NCBI GenBank assembly: GCA_963729045.1
Contig: CAVSMN010000017.1
Span: forward strand, 1-64,000
Length of the DNA stretch: 64,000 nucleotides
Reading direction: 5' to 3'
Source of the DNA: an uncultured Nitrososphaeraceae archaeon
Lineage (GTDB): Archaea > Thermoproteota > Nitrososphaeria > Nitrososphaerales > Nitrososphaeraceae
A program made the position numbers and the translations under genes. Each line of letters starts with the position of its first letter. Position 1 is the stretch's first letter. Positions 22,940 through 35,269 of the stretch are shown piece after piece. The notes under the pieces are model-generated. The model was not told where the DNA came from, did no database searches, and saw nothing but the letters and a program-made list of their open reading frames with translations.

Positions 22940-23067
22940 TATCGGGTTATAGTTAAAGTCAAACTCGCTTAGTTTTGGAATGGACATTCGTTAAGTCCTT
23001 ATTTGCAATGATTGAATCATGGGTGAATTAAGTTAATGCTTTTCCAAAGAGATCCAAGACCTTAGAT

Positions 23068-23308
23068 TCATATTATCAAAACTTCTGCTTGTTCTCTATC
23101 GCTTTTAGCCTTTTCAAATTTAAGTTTTAATTTACCGTTTCTAGGTTTGTATCTTAATCTGGTACCACAACAAGGGCAAAATACAGATATATTCCAAGTA
23201 ATATAAATATCGCAACGTTGACATCGTTTTTGTCCTTTTATATATCTGCCTTCGTTTATACTCTTTCCAGAAGCTTTGAATCTAGATACAAATCCCTCTA
23301 CAAACCAT
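23068..23308 (-). pseudogene. Small thaumarchaeal Zn-ribbon protein, +1 frameshift near the start
   Basis: MVCRGIC..FKA..GRYIKGQKRCQRC..W...FCPCCGTRLRYKPR. Confidence 0.7.
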
Positions 23309-23399
23309 TCAGGTACTGACTAGAAGATAAAGTGATTATTTAAAGCATGATTTTATTAAATTTATTGTATTATTATAGCAAATTAAATCAGAAGATCTA

Positions 23400-24084
23400 T
23401 TAAATAGATCTTATTTTTTTGAGCGCAAAAAAGAGGAAGGTTAATTCAACTCCATTATGTTCCCATCGAACAACCTTATCTTTACATGTAAAATCTATGG
23501 GTTCAATGAGTTCAAAGCCATTTTTTTCGCACTATTAATAATGTTATTTATTTCGTCCCTACTAAAAATAATATCAGGCATTCCGAATAAACAAGAATTC
23601 TTCGTACTGATTTTATTTTGCCAGTAGTCTGTAGATGTAAGAAGCATTCCTCCTTTCTTTAATATTCGATTCATTTCTTTAAAATATTTTTCAATATTAA
23701 TACTATGTTCTATGACGGATAAGCGATGTGATGTAATCAAACATATTATTTCTATAATTTGTGTTTTCTAGGTTTTGAATCGATAAGTTAAATTGCTTGA
23801 ATTCATTGTATCTCCGATTGTGATTTAGAAGATGACGAGAGGTAAAGGTCACATCCGTATAATTCTTTAAATCCAATCTTACTAAGCATTGACAAGATGG
23901 GACAAGTATTACATCCTACATCTAGAATAAATGATTCTTTATCTGCTTTATTTAAAATGTGGATAATTTTACTAATATCCCATGATTTTGATCTATCTGG
24001 ATGGGGAAATAGATGTAATGAATCTAGATAATTTATTGCTTCGTCTACCTCAAGCATATTTTTCAAGACCGAGTTGTATTTCAT
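23400..24084 (-). pseudogene. Class I SAM-dependent methyltransferase, fragmented
   Basis: ILDVGC, LYGCDL, LSVIEH and RILKKGG spread over several frames. Confidence 0.8.
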
Positions 24085-24696
24085 GGTTAAAATAGTTCTA
24101 ACCTGTAATTTATTAATTGCAAAGCCTAATCTATTGTTCTTATGATTATTTATCTTTAGAATTAATCATAAAGTATTTCTTAGTTGTTTCTTTTACTGTT
24201 GTTTTCCACCATTAAGATGAAATAACTTACAATAAATTGATTTTGTGGTATAATTCTATAATCCTATAAAAATCATTTTAGCTTCCAAATTTGGAGCAGT
24301 TTTCTTTTTCTACCATCTATCAATCGAACAAGTATCCAATCAAGGTCTGCTCTCTCTGGGCTATAAGATTAGTCGAAGATGAATTATAGTCAGTGGGTTA
24401 AATACTATGTTAACTATCCGTACTTGCAAACTACTGTAATTCCATCAGTAAACTTGCACCATAAATGTTGACTTACGGACAAGCCAGATCTCATAAGAAA
24501 TGAGACGTAGATGCTTACCATTACATTCTACTCCCTTTTCCTTTTATTATTTATTTTATTTATTATTATTTCTCATTGCTTCTTTGATATTTTCTTTAAT
24601 CTGTTATAGAGAAATGTATACGGATTTTAAAATAACATGTATTAATGATCGTGGTACATTTATCAAATTTGAGATTCAGTCACTCAGCAGCCAATT

Positions 24697-24752
24697 AGTC
24701 AACCCAAAAATTGTACCGTTAACAATATAAATCCGACCCGGCCCATTGAAAA
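24697..24752 (+). repeat. Dyad + tRNA-Val-3' att-like site (best-preserved copy)
   Basis: agtcaacccaaaaattgtaccgttaacaatataaatccgacccggcccattgaaaa. Confidence 0.9.
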
Positions 24753-24949
24753 TTTGTCTTTATTCTTGAATTCGTCGGATAGTCCACCGGATGAAATTAA
24801 GTTTGGAAAAGATTCTAGTGAAATGGTCAGACATGGATTTTAAAGTAGACTTTGAGTAAAATAGCAAAGAATTGTATCAGTGTGAAAGTGAATCTCGATG
24901 TCCATTGTCTTTGAACTATTAATTCTAAATAGATAAGAATTAATCCATT

Positions 24950-25333
24950 TTTTGAGATAAATCACTTGATGATCTACTAGTTAGTACAGATTTCTCAAAT
25001 GCCAAGGATCTTATAAAACAGACTGTAACTACCCTTTTAGATGACAAGAGGGATATATTAATTGCTGCAATTGTTACTCTAATCCAAGACATACAAGTTG
25101 ATCCATACAAAGGATTCTTAATTAGTAACCTTGACAATAACTTGGTTGGTAATGATGATCATAGTTTTATCACCTCAAATACTTTAGGTTATGATTTAGA
25201 GATCAAAAAGGTAGAAAATTATCTTATTACCTATGATTCACCGATCCTTGATTTGGCAAATATACTATATGATAAAATCTTAAAAATAGTTCAATATCAA
25301 ATCTTTTTTAAATCTAGATCATTCACAGATTAA
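24950..25333 (+). pseudogene. Remnant of a probable element-associated coiled-coil gene
   Basis: DLIKQTVTTLLDDKRDILIAAIVTLIQDIQVDPYK...; no intact start. Confidence 0.35.
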
Positions 25334-25468
25334 GATGACGCTAATTACTGCCTAGGATTCTTATTACAAGCCGCCCGATATTAACAACAAACTAAAGTCT
25401 GATTCAATGGGAATGCGTCTACTGGATCTAAATAATCATACCTTATTAGTGCTGGTGTGATACTATAG

Positions 25469-25726
25469 TTGATGAATATTATTGAAAATGAAATACCATA
25501 TCTAGTAGAGGCAAGAACATGCGGTTGTATTGAAAAGGGAAAAAGTGTTTCATATCATTTCATCGAGTCTTCTCATAGCCTTTGTCTAAATAAAGGTGAA
25601 TTGATGCTAGGTCAGATTCAAGCCTGTGAAAGATTATTGAAATATTCTAAAGATGATACTGAAGCCCTAGTGTTAAAGGATGAGATGACCAAATTGAGAT
25701 TGGCGTTGGATTTGATGAGATATTAG
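25469..25726 (+). CDS. Paralog family A small protein
   Basis: High similarity to 4293..4544. Confidence 0.8.
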   Translation: MMNIIENEIPYLVEARTCGCIEKGKSVSYHFIESSHSLCLNKGELMLGQIQACERLLKYSKDDTEALVLKDEMTKLRLALDLMRY

Positions 25727-26112
25727 GTTGCAAACACTTATTTTGAATTTGATGGGTATAGCTGTTCTCGACAGATTTAGTAATTATTCTTAAACTTGAT
25801 TACCAAAACTAAAATCATACTTCGGTAACACGGCAATCAAAAAGTACATATTTTCAAATCGATAATATGATCTCCTCTCATAATATATGGCTAAATTGAG
25901 TCAAATTCTATAAAATATTCACATACTAATCATCTATGTAAAATGACACATGATGTAATAATCATATATACATAATTTGGATTAATCTGAATTAAAATAT
26001 CATGATATTGTTAATCCACTGTATTTCTTAAATTTAGTTGTGAATTTCCGTACACGATACAGGATTCGGCAAAAACTTTCGTATCAATTTGGGTTGGACG
26101 AGGCTTTTTTTC

Positions 26113-26394
26113 TCAATTATTGTGACTTGAATTAGAGTCATCTGATCTGTATGATTTAAACTCGGTCCATTCCATATCAAGGACTAGATTATTGTTAACT
26201 TCCATGACTTTTGATATCGGAACATCAAATTTTTGATCATAATCCCCAAATATCGTTATCTCGGTATCTGTTATCCCCATCATAAAGCCCACGAAGTCTT
26301 CATTCAATAAACTTACTTTTTTGTTAAACAGAGAGTTAGGAAACCTATCTATAGCAGATTCGCTTGTTTCATTGTTGAAATAGTTCCTCTGCAT
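26113..26394 (-). CDS. Hypothetical protein (PRC/DUF2171-like beta barrel)
   Basis: KKV...FVG....KFDVPISKV pattern. Confidence 0.5.
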   Translation of the reverse strand: MQRNYFNNETSESAIDRFPNSLFNKKVSLLNEDFVGFMMGITDTEITIFGDYDQKFDVPISKVMEVNNNLVLDMEWTEFKSYRSDDSNSSHNN

Positions 26395-27105
26395 TACTTA
26401 AATTTCTAGATACCAAAATATCATTTCTATCTAACAAGTACCTTTTTAATTCGTCATTGCCGGTTATTTGCATTATTTAGTTATCAATTACCTTATCGAA
26501 TTTTTGAAATAAGACATCTGAGATTTTATTGTTTAATAGAATATCCACTTGTTTATTTTTCATTTTTCTTGGCTGCAATAGCCTTATGGAGAGAATGTAA
26601 AGACATCATTATACGATTAGAATTTTTCTCGTTTGTCATATCATATATATACATTTCGTATCTATTAAGTATGTCATGATGCATATCGTTGACAAATTGC
26701 TCTAATCGTTACTATAAATCGAAATATAGTAGATTTCAACTCGTTCTAAATGATAATGATACAAATATTATTCAGGCTATCAAAAATGGAAATCATATCA
26801 TTTTTGGACAATATTTGTAAATTAAAGGAATTAAGATTTATTAAAACTTCAAGAACATCTTACTTGGCCGGTTCCCTTGAATGTGATTAATATTTGTATT
26901 AAATCCCTCTAAAAAGTTGAGCTTGTAATATATTCTTTCAATTATTTTTCAGATATCAAAATTTTCGTATGCATCATTAATCATGACGAGTTTTGTTAAA
27001 TTAGTTCTTCCGAATATATTTATTATTCGCAAATTCTCTTGCTTTTTCTATGATACTATGATAAGTTACTATTTGTTGAACTGCCATGCATATTATAAAA
27101 GATAC

Positions 27106-27208
27106 TGTAAATATTATAGCCATAGAAAAGATAGATATCCCAGAAAATTCATTATCGTTGTAAATATTATAGCCATGAGAAAAGATAGATATCCCAGAAA
27201 ATTCATTA
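27106..27208. repeat. Tandem duplication of about 50 bp
   Basis: tgtaaatattatagccat(g)agaaaagatagatatcccagaaaattcatta at 27106-27154 and 27159-27208. Confidence 0.9.
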
Positions 27209-27649
27209 GAGTTGCCTATACCCTTTTATTTTTATCCAGACTATTTTGCTTTTCTTTATCATGTTCGGAGCCTATATTTTTGTCAGTAACTTTTACTTTG
27301 TTAAAAACTGCTTTAGTTCCGGCTTTCACCTTATTTCCTGTTTCATCTAAAGTGCTCTCATATATATCACGATGTCTTTCATATTCATCGGTACTTGTTG
27401 ATAATATCGACAATATATTCGCCGTGGTACTCCATATCTTTATCATATTGATTCCCAGACATTGCAGATCAGATTGTATAACATCGTATAAATATTCAAT
27501 ACTACTGTTACCAATTATTTTTGCGAGAATAAATTATTATAAAAGTAATATTGAACTAATATCTAAGGTTGTAATTGATTGTTAATGTTTTATAGTGTCG
27601 TTTGGAGCGGTTTTCTTACTACCTTTATTATTTGAGGAGTAATACTTAT

Positions 27650-27940
27650 TTACATTATCTTTTTCTTTTTACGATTATCTGCTTTGCTAGCAATATTATT
27701 TTTAGATCTTTTTCTTCTTATACGAACAATATATTTTGAAATAAGCTGAATCTCTTCTTTGAATCCAGTATATTTCCAACAGCATTTGTTAACAAGAGTT
27801 GATATAACAAACCAAATAATACTATTTACTATTACAGTAACTAAAAATCTATAATAATAAGCCATAAATGACCCAATCATTATACCTCCTATGAGATAAG
27901 GCATTTGACGTTTTAATACGGATTTTAATAGACTATCCAA
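27650..27940 (-). CDS. Small membrane protein with basic tail
   Basis: Two hydrophobic segments and a K/R-rich C-terminus. Confidence 0.5.
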   Translation of the reverse strand: MDSLLKSVLKRQMPYLIGGIMIGSFMAYYYRFLVTVIVNSIIWFVISTLVNKCCWKYTGFKEEIQLISKYIVRIRRKRSKNNIASKADNRKKKKIM

Positions 27941-28752
27941 AACGACTTCTACTCATTCCTGATTGTATAACATAGTTTATAGACAAGTGTAAGGTGATTG
28001 ATATGTTATTAGATTTAATACAATTATTCGAGGATAACAAGTTTAATCAATTCTTAGTTATAATAGATGACTTCCCCAATACTGTATTATAATTATAATT
28101 AATATACAATCATTCTACATTCAATATCTAAATTAAAGGGCCGATAATCTCTTGAAGACCACCAGGTAAACAAAATGAATATCCATTCTATATTATTAAT
28201 ATTAGTATCTCTATGTGGGTGAGAATGATTTGATTGATTAGCATCCTAAACTTTTTGTAACAAGACCTTAAAAGAGGTTTCAAAAATTTAATAGAATTAA
28301 AAAATTAGGGTGAATGGTCTTTTATAATTTCTTTATCAAGTTCTTTAGATATGCATCCGAGCCAGGAGAAAATTCTTGTGGAGCTTCAGGCATACTGGGT
28401 ATTTCAACATCTTGAGGAAACCCTTCAATTACTTCAAGAGTACCACCTTCATCAAATAGCGAATCACCTTTGAATATCTTATCTATCAACGCCTCTTCAC
28501 CCTCAGTTACAATAACTATTATTCCCCAGAACTACTGAAAACAAAACCATGAAAGGTTTCATTCACAATAAACTAGATGGTACCATTTACCACACTACAG
28601 AGACCCATTTTGAAACCATATTCCTTTTAAAAAATGTGTTTATCTTAATATGAAATAAGAAAGAATTAAATTGAAATCAAAAAGATTAGAAGGCAAAAAT
28701 AGAGATAAAAATATTGAATTGTATTCCTTAATTTACTCGGCGTGTCTTGGAC

Positions 28753-28956
28753 CTACATAGGTGCTGTTGAATTGCCAGTACCTGATGTCATATTTCTGCC
28801 CGTCATATTTGTGGAACCTGTATCCATCGTTGTCGAACCCATTTCACTCTCTGCAGTCGTTGGACCTCGAGCTATTGTTGCGGATGTAAAAGTGCCCGCC
28901 ATTAAAGAAGCTGTTGCAAGAATACTTGCGATTGCAAATAAGTAGATCTTATTCAT
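28753..28956 (-). CDS. Small secreted Thr/Ser/Met-rich protein
   Basis: First 24 aa identical to 48765..48968. Confidence 0.75.
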   Translation of the reverse strand: MNKIYLFAIASILATASLMAGTFTSATIARGPTTAESEMGSTTMDTGSTNMTGRNMTSGTGNSTAPM

Positions 28957-29998
28957 ACGATTTTACTGTATAATTTATACCATTTATTTTTTGTCTAAAA
29001 TGATGCTATATTTTTAATATACTTATATTATATAGTATATTGGATCGAAAGATCTCATTTATTCAATTAATAACATGATATTGCATTATTATGCCGCACC
29101 CGTACAACTATTGCATTGGGTCATCAGATGAAATATTATGAATAATTTAGAATCCTATCATGTGATCACAATGCATTCCTTCTTCCTTTGCAAATTTTAT
29201 CATGGAGGATCATCCTGTGATAATGTAAGTGTGAATCAATCATATGGTCATCGATCAACATGACACGACTAATTGCTAAATTTTTTCACAGAATTATGGG
29301 CTAAATAACCCGGATTGAAGAACTTGTCAAATGTGAATATCTCGACACTGTTTAATTTCATAATTATGATACTCTTAAAGGTATTTAATTAAACCTTGAT
29401 TTTGCTGAGCTTTATAAACAAATTTGCCATAATGCTATTATGGATTGATATGAACAAGATTAAACGTAAAAATAAGAAAAAGAATCCATATAGGAGTAGC
29501 GTAAATAGAACTTATGAAATGGTTTCCCTAGGTCTTCAGAGTGAGTTATTATGGCTGATGACTTATCAACCCTTTAACAAATTTGCAATTAACAATTGCA
29601 AATCAAGAATAAGGGGTTTAAAGAGTATGAAAAAAGCTTATAATCTATATACAGATTTTGGAGAAGTATTCTCTAATTATCCATAATGGTCAATTCCTAA
29701 CCCAAATGTCTCAGTAAGGAGTTTAACTAATTTTCTCGTGAATCTTTGAGCTACGATTTGATTTTGTACCCCGGTTTACTATGGTTCGACAATCTCTAAA
29801 CCCTTTTTTAATTGCTTTACTGTAATTGTACATCTGGGCCAATAATAATCAGTATTGTTGGTCGGAGGGAAACTATCTTGTTTTGTTAATAGTCGGAGTT
29901 ATGGATGAATCAGAAGTAACAAATTATCTAAAAGTTTTCAATAATCATATTATAGTATCGATATGCATATCCAATATCTATGATTTTTTAAAAAATAT

Positions 29999-30196
29999 TT
30001 GCAAATGTATCTTGAAAATGATATATCTGAAGTTGTATGTCCAAAATGCAATAAAAACAATGATAATTTAGAGGTATTGCGAATGCATGTTTTTACACAA
30101 AGTAACTTTGGTAAACATCCGTATTATGATATCATATGTAGTAGTTGTCATAAAGTATTCACCTCACAAGTATATCTTTCCATCGACGAGATATAA
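29999..30196 (+). CDS. Small Zn-ribbon protein
   Basis: CPKC...CSSC. Confidence 0.5.
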   Translation: MQMYLENDISEVVCPKCNKNNDNLEVLRMHVFTQSNFGKHPYYDIICSSCHKVFTSQVYLSIDEI

Positions 30197-30455
30197 ATTA
30201 GGTCGGTTTCGAAATACATCTCGTTTACTGATTTGGATTTTAGAAAGATTAATGATCTTGATTTAGAATAGAAACTGACCTTCGCCAAAACTTGAGAAAT
30301 TTGGATTTAGAACGTGATCCTCATTTTATAAACAGATATTAGTTAATCTGAACAAACGCTTAATTGATTTGACTTTCTTTCGACCCATGAGATAAAGATC
30401 TCCTTACAAGAAAGTCATAATAATTGATAAATAGAGTAAAGAATTCGTATAATTA

Positions 30456-30866
30456 TCAGATCTTACTATTACCACCTACGGCTTTGTTTTTGGAACATAG
30501 TCGAAGTATGCGAGGCCCCAATTTCTCCAAGTTTACTGGCTTTTGAATTACATCAGAGATTTTGGTCTCCTTAAAGTCGATACTATGCGATATATCCCCT
30601 TTGCAATATCCTGTAATCAAAAGAATTTTTACTTGGGAATTGTATTTTCTTATCTCCTTGGATAATTCCATCCCATTCAATTCATCCATAGACAAATCTA
30701 AAAGTATCAAGCAGTATCTCTTTGAATATTTTTTGAAGTGATCTAGAGCTAACAACGGCTGAGTAAAAGAGATCGTATCAAAACCAGATCTTGCAAGATA
30801 CAAACTAAGAAGGCGTGCTATATCCCATTCGTCCTCCACTATCATTACAGATAAGGGCACGGACAT
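30456..30866 (-). CDS. Stand-alone response regulator receiver protein
   Basis: VMIVEDE, LILLDLSM..NGMEL, LLITG and QKP. Confidence 0.9.
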   Translation of the reverse strand: MSVPLSVMIVEDEWDIARLLSLYLARSGFDTISFTQPLLALDHFKKYSKRYCLILLDLSMDELNGMELSKEIRKYNSQVKILLITGYCKGDISHSIDFKETKISDVIQKPVNLEKLGPRILRLCSKNKAVGGNSKI

Positions 30867-31598
30867 ATTCTAGTTTGTAAAAAAAGTATTTAATCACTAT
30901 ATAGTCATTTAGCCAATTATCTATAAAATTCTGTTTATTATCATGATTTTCAGCGTCATTATAGGAACAAAATATGAGACCATTACAAAAACAAGTTTAT
31001 TCAAGCAATTATAAACAGAAAGGTACTCTTAGTCATATTACGGTCATCAGTGATTCTTTATTAGTAGCATCGATAACTTAACCAAGAAAAGAATAGCAAT
31101 ATGAGTATATTATTGACAAATTAGATTATAATATCCAGACAATTAATACACATTAAGAACATTCAATGGTGTATAATGGCATTTATAATCATCTATAGGT
31201 TTTTTAAATTACTAATGTAAACCCAAAAGAAATAGAACATATCCACCAAATATAGAATTGGTCACTATCTGTACTCTCTTAGTTTGTCGACTAGAAACGT
31301 TGTCAAAGCAATTTCATTTTTATAAAAGGTCAAAAGAAGCCACGTTATGATTTGGAATTGGATTCAAAAGTACAGCCCCTCAAAGGACTACATGTGTGTA
31401 AAAATAAGGGTAACCGCTACAATAGCAGCCAGTATGATGAAATTGATATATCAGAAATATGAATGAGTAGTTTATCACTATTTCTAAAGGATGAACATAT
31501 TCTATGATATTTGAACCATCGTAGGTGTCGAAGGTATCCAGGTCTAAACTATCTAAATTAACCAATTCCTTATGAAGGAGAGAAAGGCGAGAATACAC

Positions 31599-31829
31599 CT
31601 ATTTTATAATTTCAAAATTTATCATGGCATGTGGATGTTTTTGAGCATGATCATAGCATAAATATTCAGAACAAATGGTACATCTGCAGATAGAATTTGA
31701 AAGACAAGCAACGGAATCACAGTATTTGTTACCATTCTTCTTGTCTACATCTTTTAGTATCGATATAGTCTTAGTCCTTGATATGTGTCGCGATGATGCA
31801 TAATTATTTAATTTTAACATATCAATCAC
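31599..31829 (-). CDS. Small Cys/His Zn-finger protein
   Basis: C....C....CTIC...LC..H...H. Confidence 0.55.
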   Translation of the reverse strand: MIDMLKLNNYASSRHISRTKTISILKDVDKKNGNKYCDSVACLSNSICRCTICSEYLCYDHAQKHPHAMINFEIIK

Positions 31830-32387
31830 GAAAATATCATAAAAGTTCTATAAAAGTATTGGTATGAGGCTCATTTGAATATTGTAATTATGCTAAAGGT
31901 TGTTAAATCTATTTGAATTTTAGATTAAATAGACATACAGAAGAGTAGATTTATCCTAAAGGCTAGGTAGGCATTCACAGGATTTATATTACCAATAAAT
32001 GGTAATTCATTTAAGGCTACTCATCGTGAAATCTTAGTCATCGATAACGAGAAATGATATTTTTTACAATGTAAATAATAGATTACCTGTACTTAGGGAC
32101 TAAAGTCATAAATTGTTTTGCCAGAAATCTACATCGAGTAATAAATTTTTGAATTAAATCCTTTATAGCATGATTTTCTTGGATGTTTTTCTCTCCGTCT
32201 GTTACAGTTACCCCTAGTTTGTCAACAACTAATAGCAAATTCAAATACCAATAGTTAATTATGATAACATTGTATCAATAGAATACTATCTTTTGGAGAT
32301 GCTATATTTTCATCGCTTAGAGCATAGGACACATTTGCATTGCAACTAGATTATTATCTTAAAATTTGTGTGTGAAATCACACATTA

Positions 32388-32657
32388 TTAGTCTGATTTA
32401 CTAGTCATATCGTCTAGTTGGTCTAATAAGTTACTCACTATATCTAACTCAGATCCTGCCTCAATGAGTTTTCCATCATTTAGTGCATCCCTAGCATCAT
32501 TTACATGTTGTTGTACTTCATCTAGGCAAATGGGAGGACAATATGATACGCTAGCTGAGGTACTCGAAAAAGCATTTGTTACAACGCCAACACTTGATAA
32601 TAAGGCAGTGGTTATTACAGCTAAAAAGACAAATGAATATTTATTCATTGAAATCAT
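32388..32657 (-). CDS. Small secreted helical protein
   Basis: Signal peptide; CPPIC..QHVNDARDAL..G; related remnant at about 58146-58460. Confidence 0.65.
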   Translation of the reverse strand: MISMNKYSFVFLAVITTALLSSVGVVTNAFSSTSASVSYCPPICLDEVQQHVNDARDALNDGKLIEAGSELDIVSNLLDQLDDMTSKSD

Positions 32658-33332
32658 ATTACTCTAGCAAATTTATGCCTTGATCACAATTCTATAATTA
32701 TAAAGCTAGCGTCAATTGTTGAGTGAAATTTACCGAAAAGATTGACCTATATTTTGTGATTTCAGATAAGAAAGTTATGTTATAGACATGACTTGTATGA
32801 TTTGTCTAATTCTGCATACGCATGTTTACATTGCGCAAAGCTTAAGCCAATACATTTTCTCTAATAATATGAGTCGCAGTATTCCTTCGTTTATCCAGCT
32901 CATAGATATTGAGCGATTAAACTGGTCCGAATTTAAGAAAGAACTATCGACCAATCCAAGAATGACAAACAAATGTTAACATCATATTTGAAAACGCCAA
33001 ATTATATACACAATATCTATCTAACACCAACAGACAAGTACATTTCTTTTTAAAATGTCATTTTGTTTTTCAGTTACTCCAAACTTCAGCCGGCCATACA
33101 TATGATCCCTCTCACGCTATAAACACCGTCTAGTTTTTCCAACTTCTATGGGCTCTTGCTACTTCAAACACTGGATTGTACTCAATATTCACCATAGTAA
33201 TCAACATCATAATGTTTGTAGAATTTTAACTATATCAGCAATTTATCAAACTCCTGCTGCTGTTTCTGAAATTTTAACTCTCTCTGTATACTCCTCTCTT
33301 AGTCACATATGGTGTATACCGACGGTCTATAT

Positions 33333-33415
33333 TACTCCATATATTCAAATTTCTCAATAATGTCGGTACACCTCCAATTTCCATTGGAACATAAAGTCAT
33401 CGATATTCATTGTTT
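33333..33415 (+). repeat. Direct repeat shared with 34704-34787
   Basis: 26 bp identical (tactccatatattcaaatttctcaat) followed by weaker similarity. Confidence 0.8.
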
Positions 33416-33633
33416 AGTATTATCGGAATAATTTGAATCGGATTATAAGTATCGTTGCAAAGACCTTTCGAATATGGGGCCAGTCAACGCATTCAGCATT
33501 TAGATAAAAAAGTGTCCAATTTGGATGAAACGAATAAAAAATATGTCTAGATTCAATTGTGTTGATTATGATAATTTGGCTGGATTTTAGTGAAGCCTAT
33601 TAATCATGAAGTCATTAATGTAGTTGGGAATAC

Positions 33634-33996
33634 ATGAATGATTATGAGTTTTATTCTGACAGGTTTGTCACTTGTGACAAGTGTGGTAATAACATGGCCT
33701 ATTTGTGGCTTGAAAAAAAAGAGCAAGTGTATTTGATTAGTTGTGATAATTGTGGTGTAAATGAGAGAAAGATGGCAGCGGCGGAGCAGGTTGCTGAGAA
33801 CAAACAGATATTTTGCTGTGAAGGTTTTAAAGATTTCTTAAATCAAGAATTACATATTGATGAGAATCCAAGAGTGTTTGAGGTTATGGGAAAACTTTTC
33901 TACTATTTTGAAAACAGTTCTAACCCAATTGTTGAACAGATAAGGTTTTGTCCCTTCTGTGGAGTTAAATCGGATATTGTTGAGATTGCCGGATAA
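33634..33996 (+). CDS. Two-domain Zn-binding protein
   Basis: CDKC..CDNC plus FCC..FCPFCG. Confidence 0.65.
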   Translation: MNDYEFYSDRFVTCDKCGNNMAYLWLEKKEQVYLISCDNCGVNERKMAAAEQVAENKQIFCCEGFKDFLNQELHIDENPRVFEVMGKLFYYFENSSNPIVEQIRFCPFCGVKSDIVEIAG

Positions 33997-34341
33997 CTGA
34001 ATGATAAAGTTTTGTATTGTTTCAAACAGTATCAAGAATTGTATGGATTTTTGGGTATCGAGATGATAGCCCACGTGTCTTGATATTTGAATTTGCATTT
34101 TTTCCATGGCCTTCACCACTTTTTTTTGTTGTATTTAGATCGTTTAGGTTAAACTTGTCGTATCTCGAATCTTGATGTGTTTCCAAAATCATATTATCTT
34201 CTTTATTAGTTTATACTAACGCAAATTGACTAACTATCCATATATGCTAGAATGTACTGTCCTTGCCTTTATAGAAAATAGAGACGAGGTAATAATTTTG
34301 TGAAAGTGATCTCATATATCCCATAAGTTATGTAAATAGGA

Positions 34342-34662
34342 ATGAATGACCGAAAAGGCAAACACGTGTATCTTTATAATATCAATCAAGACCAGGATGA
34401 CGAAGACACTAAAGCGGGTATAACTGGAACATGGTCTTTTACCAAGGATGATAAATTGTCTCAAGAATTAGCAGAGATTACATTTAGGATGTCAGAGGGT
34501 AAAGATACAGATAAGGACGGCAAAAGACTGAACGAGATAATCAAAATAGTTGAACAAGATATATCAGATGTCGTAGGCTATCGAGCTACAATAAGTGATA
34601 ATGGCCTATTTTATTTAGATAATGACACAGAACTAGGTAAGTGGTTTAAGGTAATGACTTGA
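34342..34662 (+). CDS. Hypothetical acidic protein
   Basis: Clean 106-aa ORF. Confidence 0.55.
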   Translation: MNDRKGKHVYLYNINQDQDDEDTKAGITGTWSFTKDDKLSQELAEITFRMSEGKDTDKDGKRLNEIIKIVEQDISDVVGYRATISDNGLFYLDNDTELGKWFKVMT

Positions 34663-34703
34663 AATAATACATAGATCCCGACGCAATAACGCTAGAGCCT
34701 ATA

Positions 34704-34787
34704 TACTCCATATATTCAAATTTCTCAATTAGTTAGATAAACCTCCAAATGCTTTGTGACATGAAGTGGTCCAAGTATACTAGTTTT
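34704..34787 (+). repeat. Direct repeat, second copy
   Basis: Matches 33333-33415. Confidence 0.8.
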
Positions 34788-35269
34788 TAATTAATTTATT
34801 TTGATACTTTTGATGATGGTCCTTAATGATAGAGAACGAAGTCCTTATTCGGTCTGGCTTAATTGTTCTCTTCCATTGCTATATTGAAGTAATTTTGGTA
34901 GGATATATCCCCTCGGCATTATATAGATTCAAACATAGTTTAATTATGATATTCAAATGCCTTTGTTACGAAAATGAACCCTTGCTTCCTCTGAAGCTTA
35001 AATCTGCGTAATACTAGGATTTTGAACCCAGTAATGTAAAATTTACTCTACAAAATTAAGGCACTGCGCTACTGTCCAGTTTCAAAGACTGTCCCTGAAA
35101 GATATTTCCATGAGAGTAAGATTTTCCTGTTTAGGTTATTTCGAGCCAATGATGCCTTCTAACAGTGTAAGTGTTTCACCGATCACAGACACATCGTTTG
35201 AAAGTTGTTGTTTGAAACGTACATGTTACCATTGTCATGGTTTTAATCCCATTTTTGGAGAGTAGAAGG

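Noticed and set aside
23392..23412. Perfect 9-bp inverted repeat at the methyltransferase stop
   Set aside because: Single AT-rich instance; function cannot be supported.
26983..27585. 200-aa plus-strand ORF
   Set aside because: No recognisable motifs; it overlaps minus-strand remnants and a local tandem duplication, so it is probably spurious.
33081..33099. aaacttcagccggccata as a further att-like site
   Set aside because: Only about 14/18 match and the dyad half is missing; could be chance.
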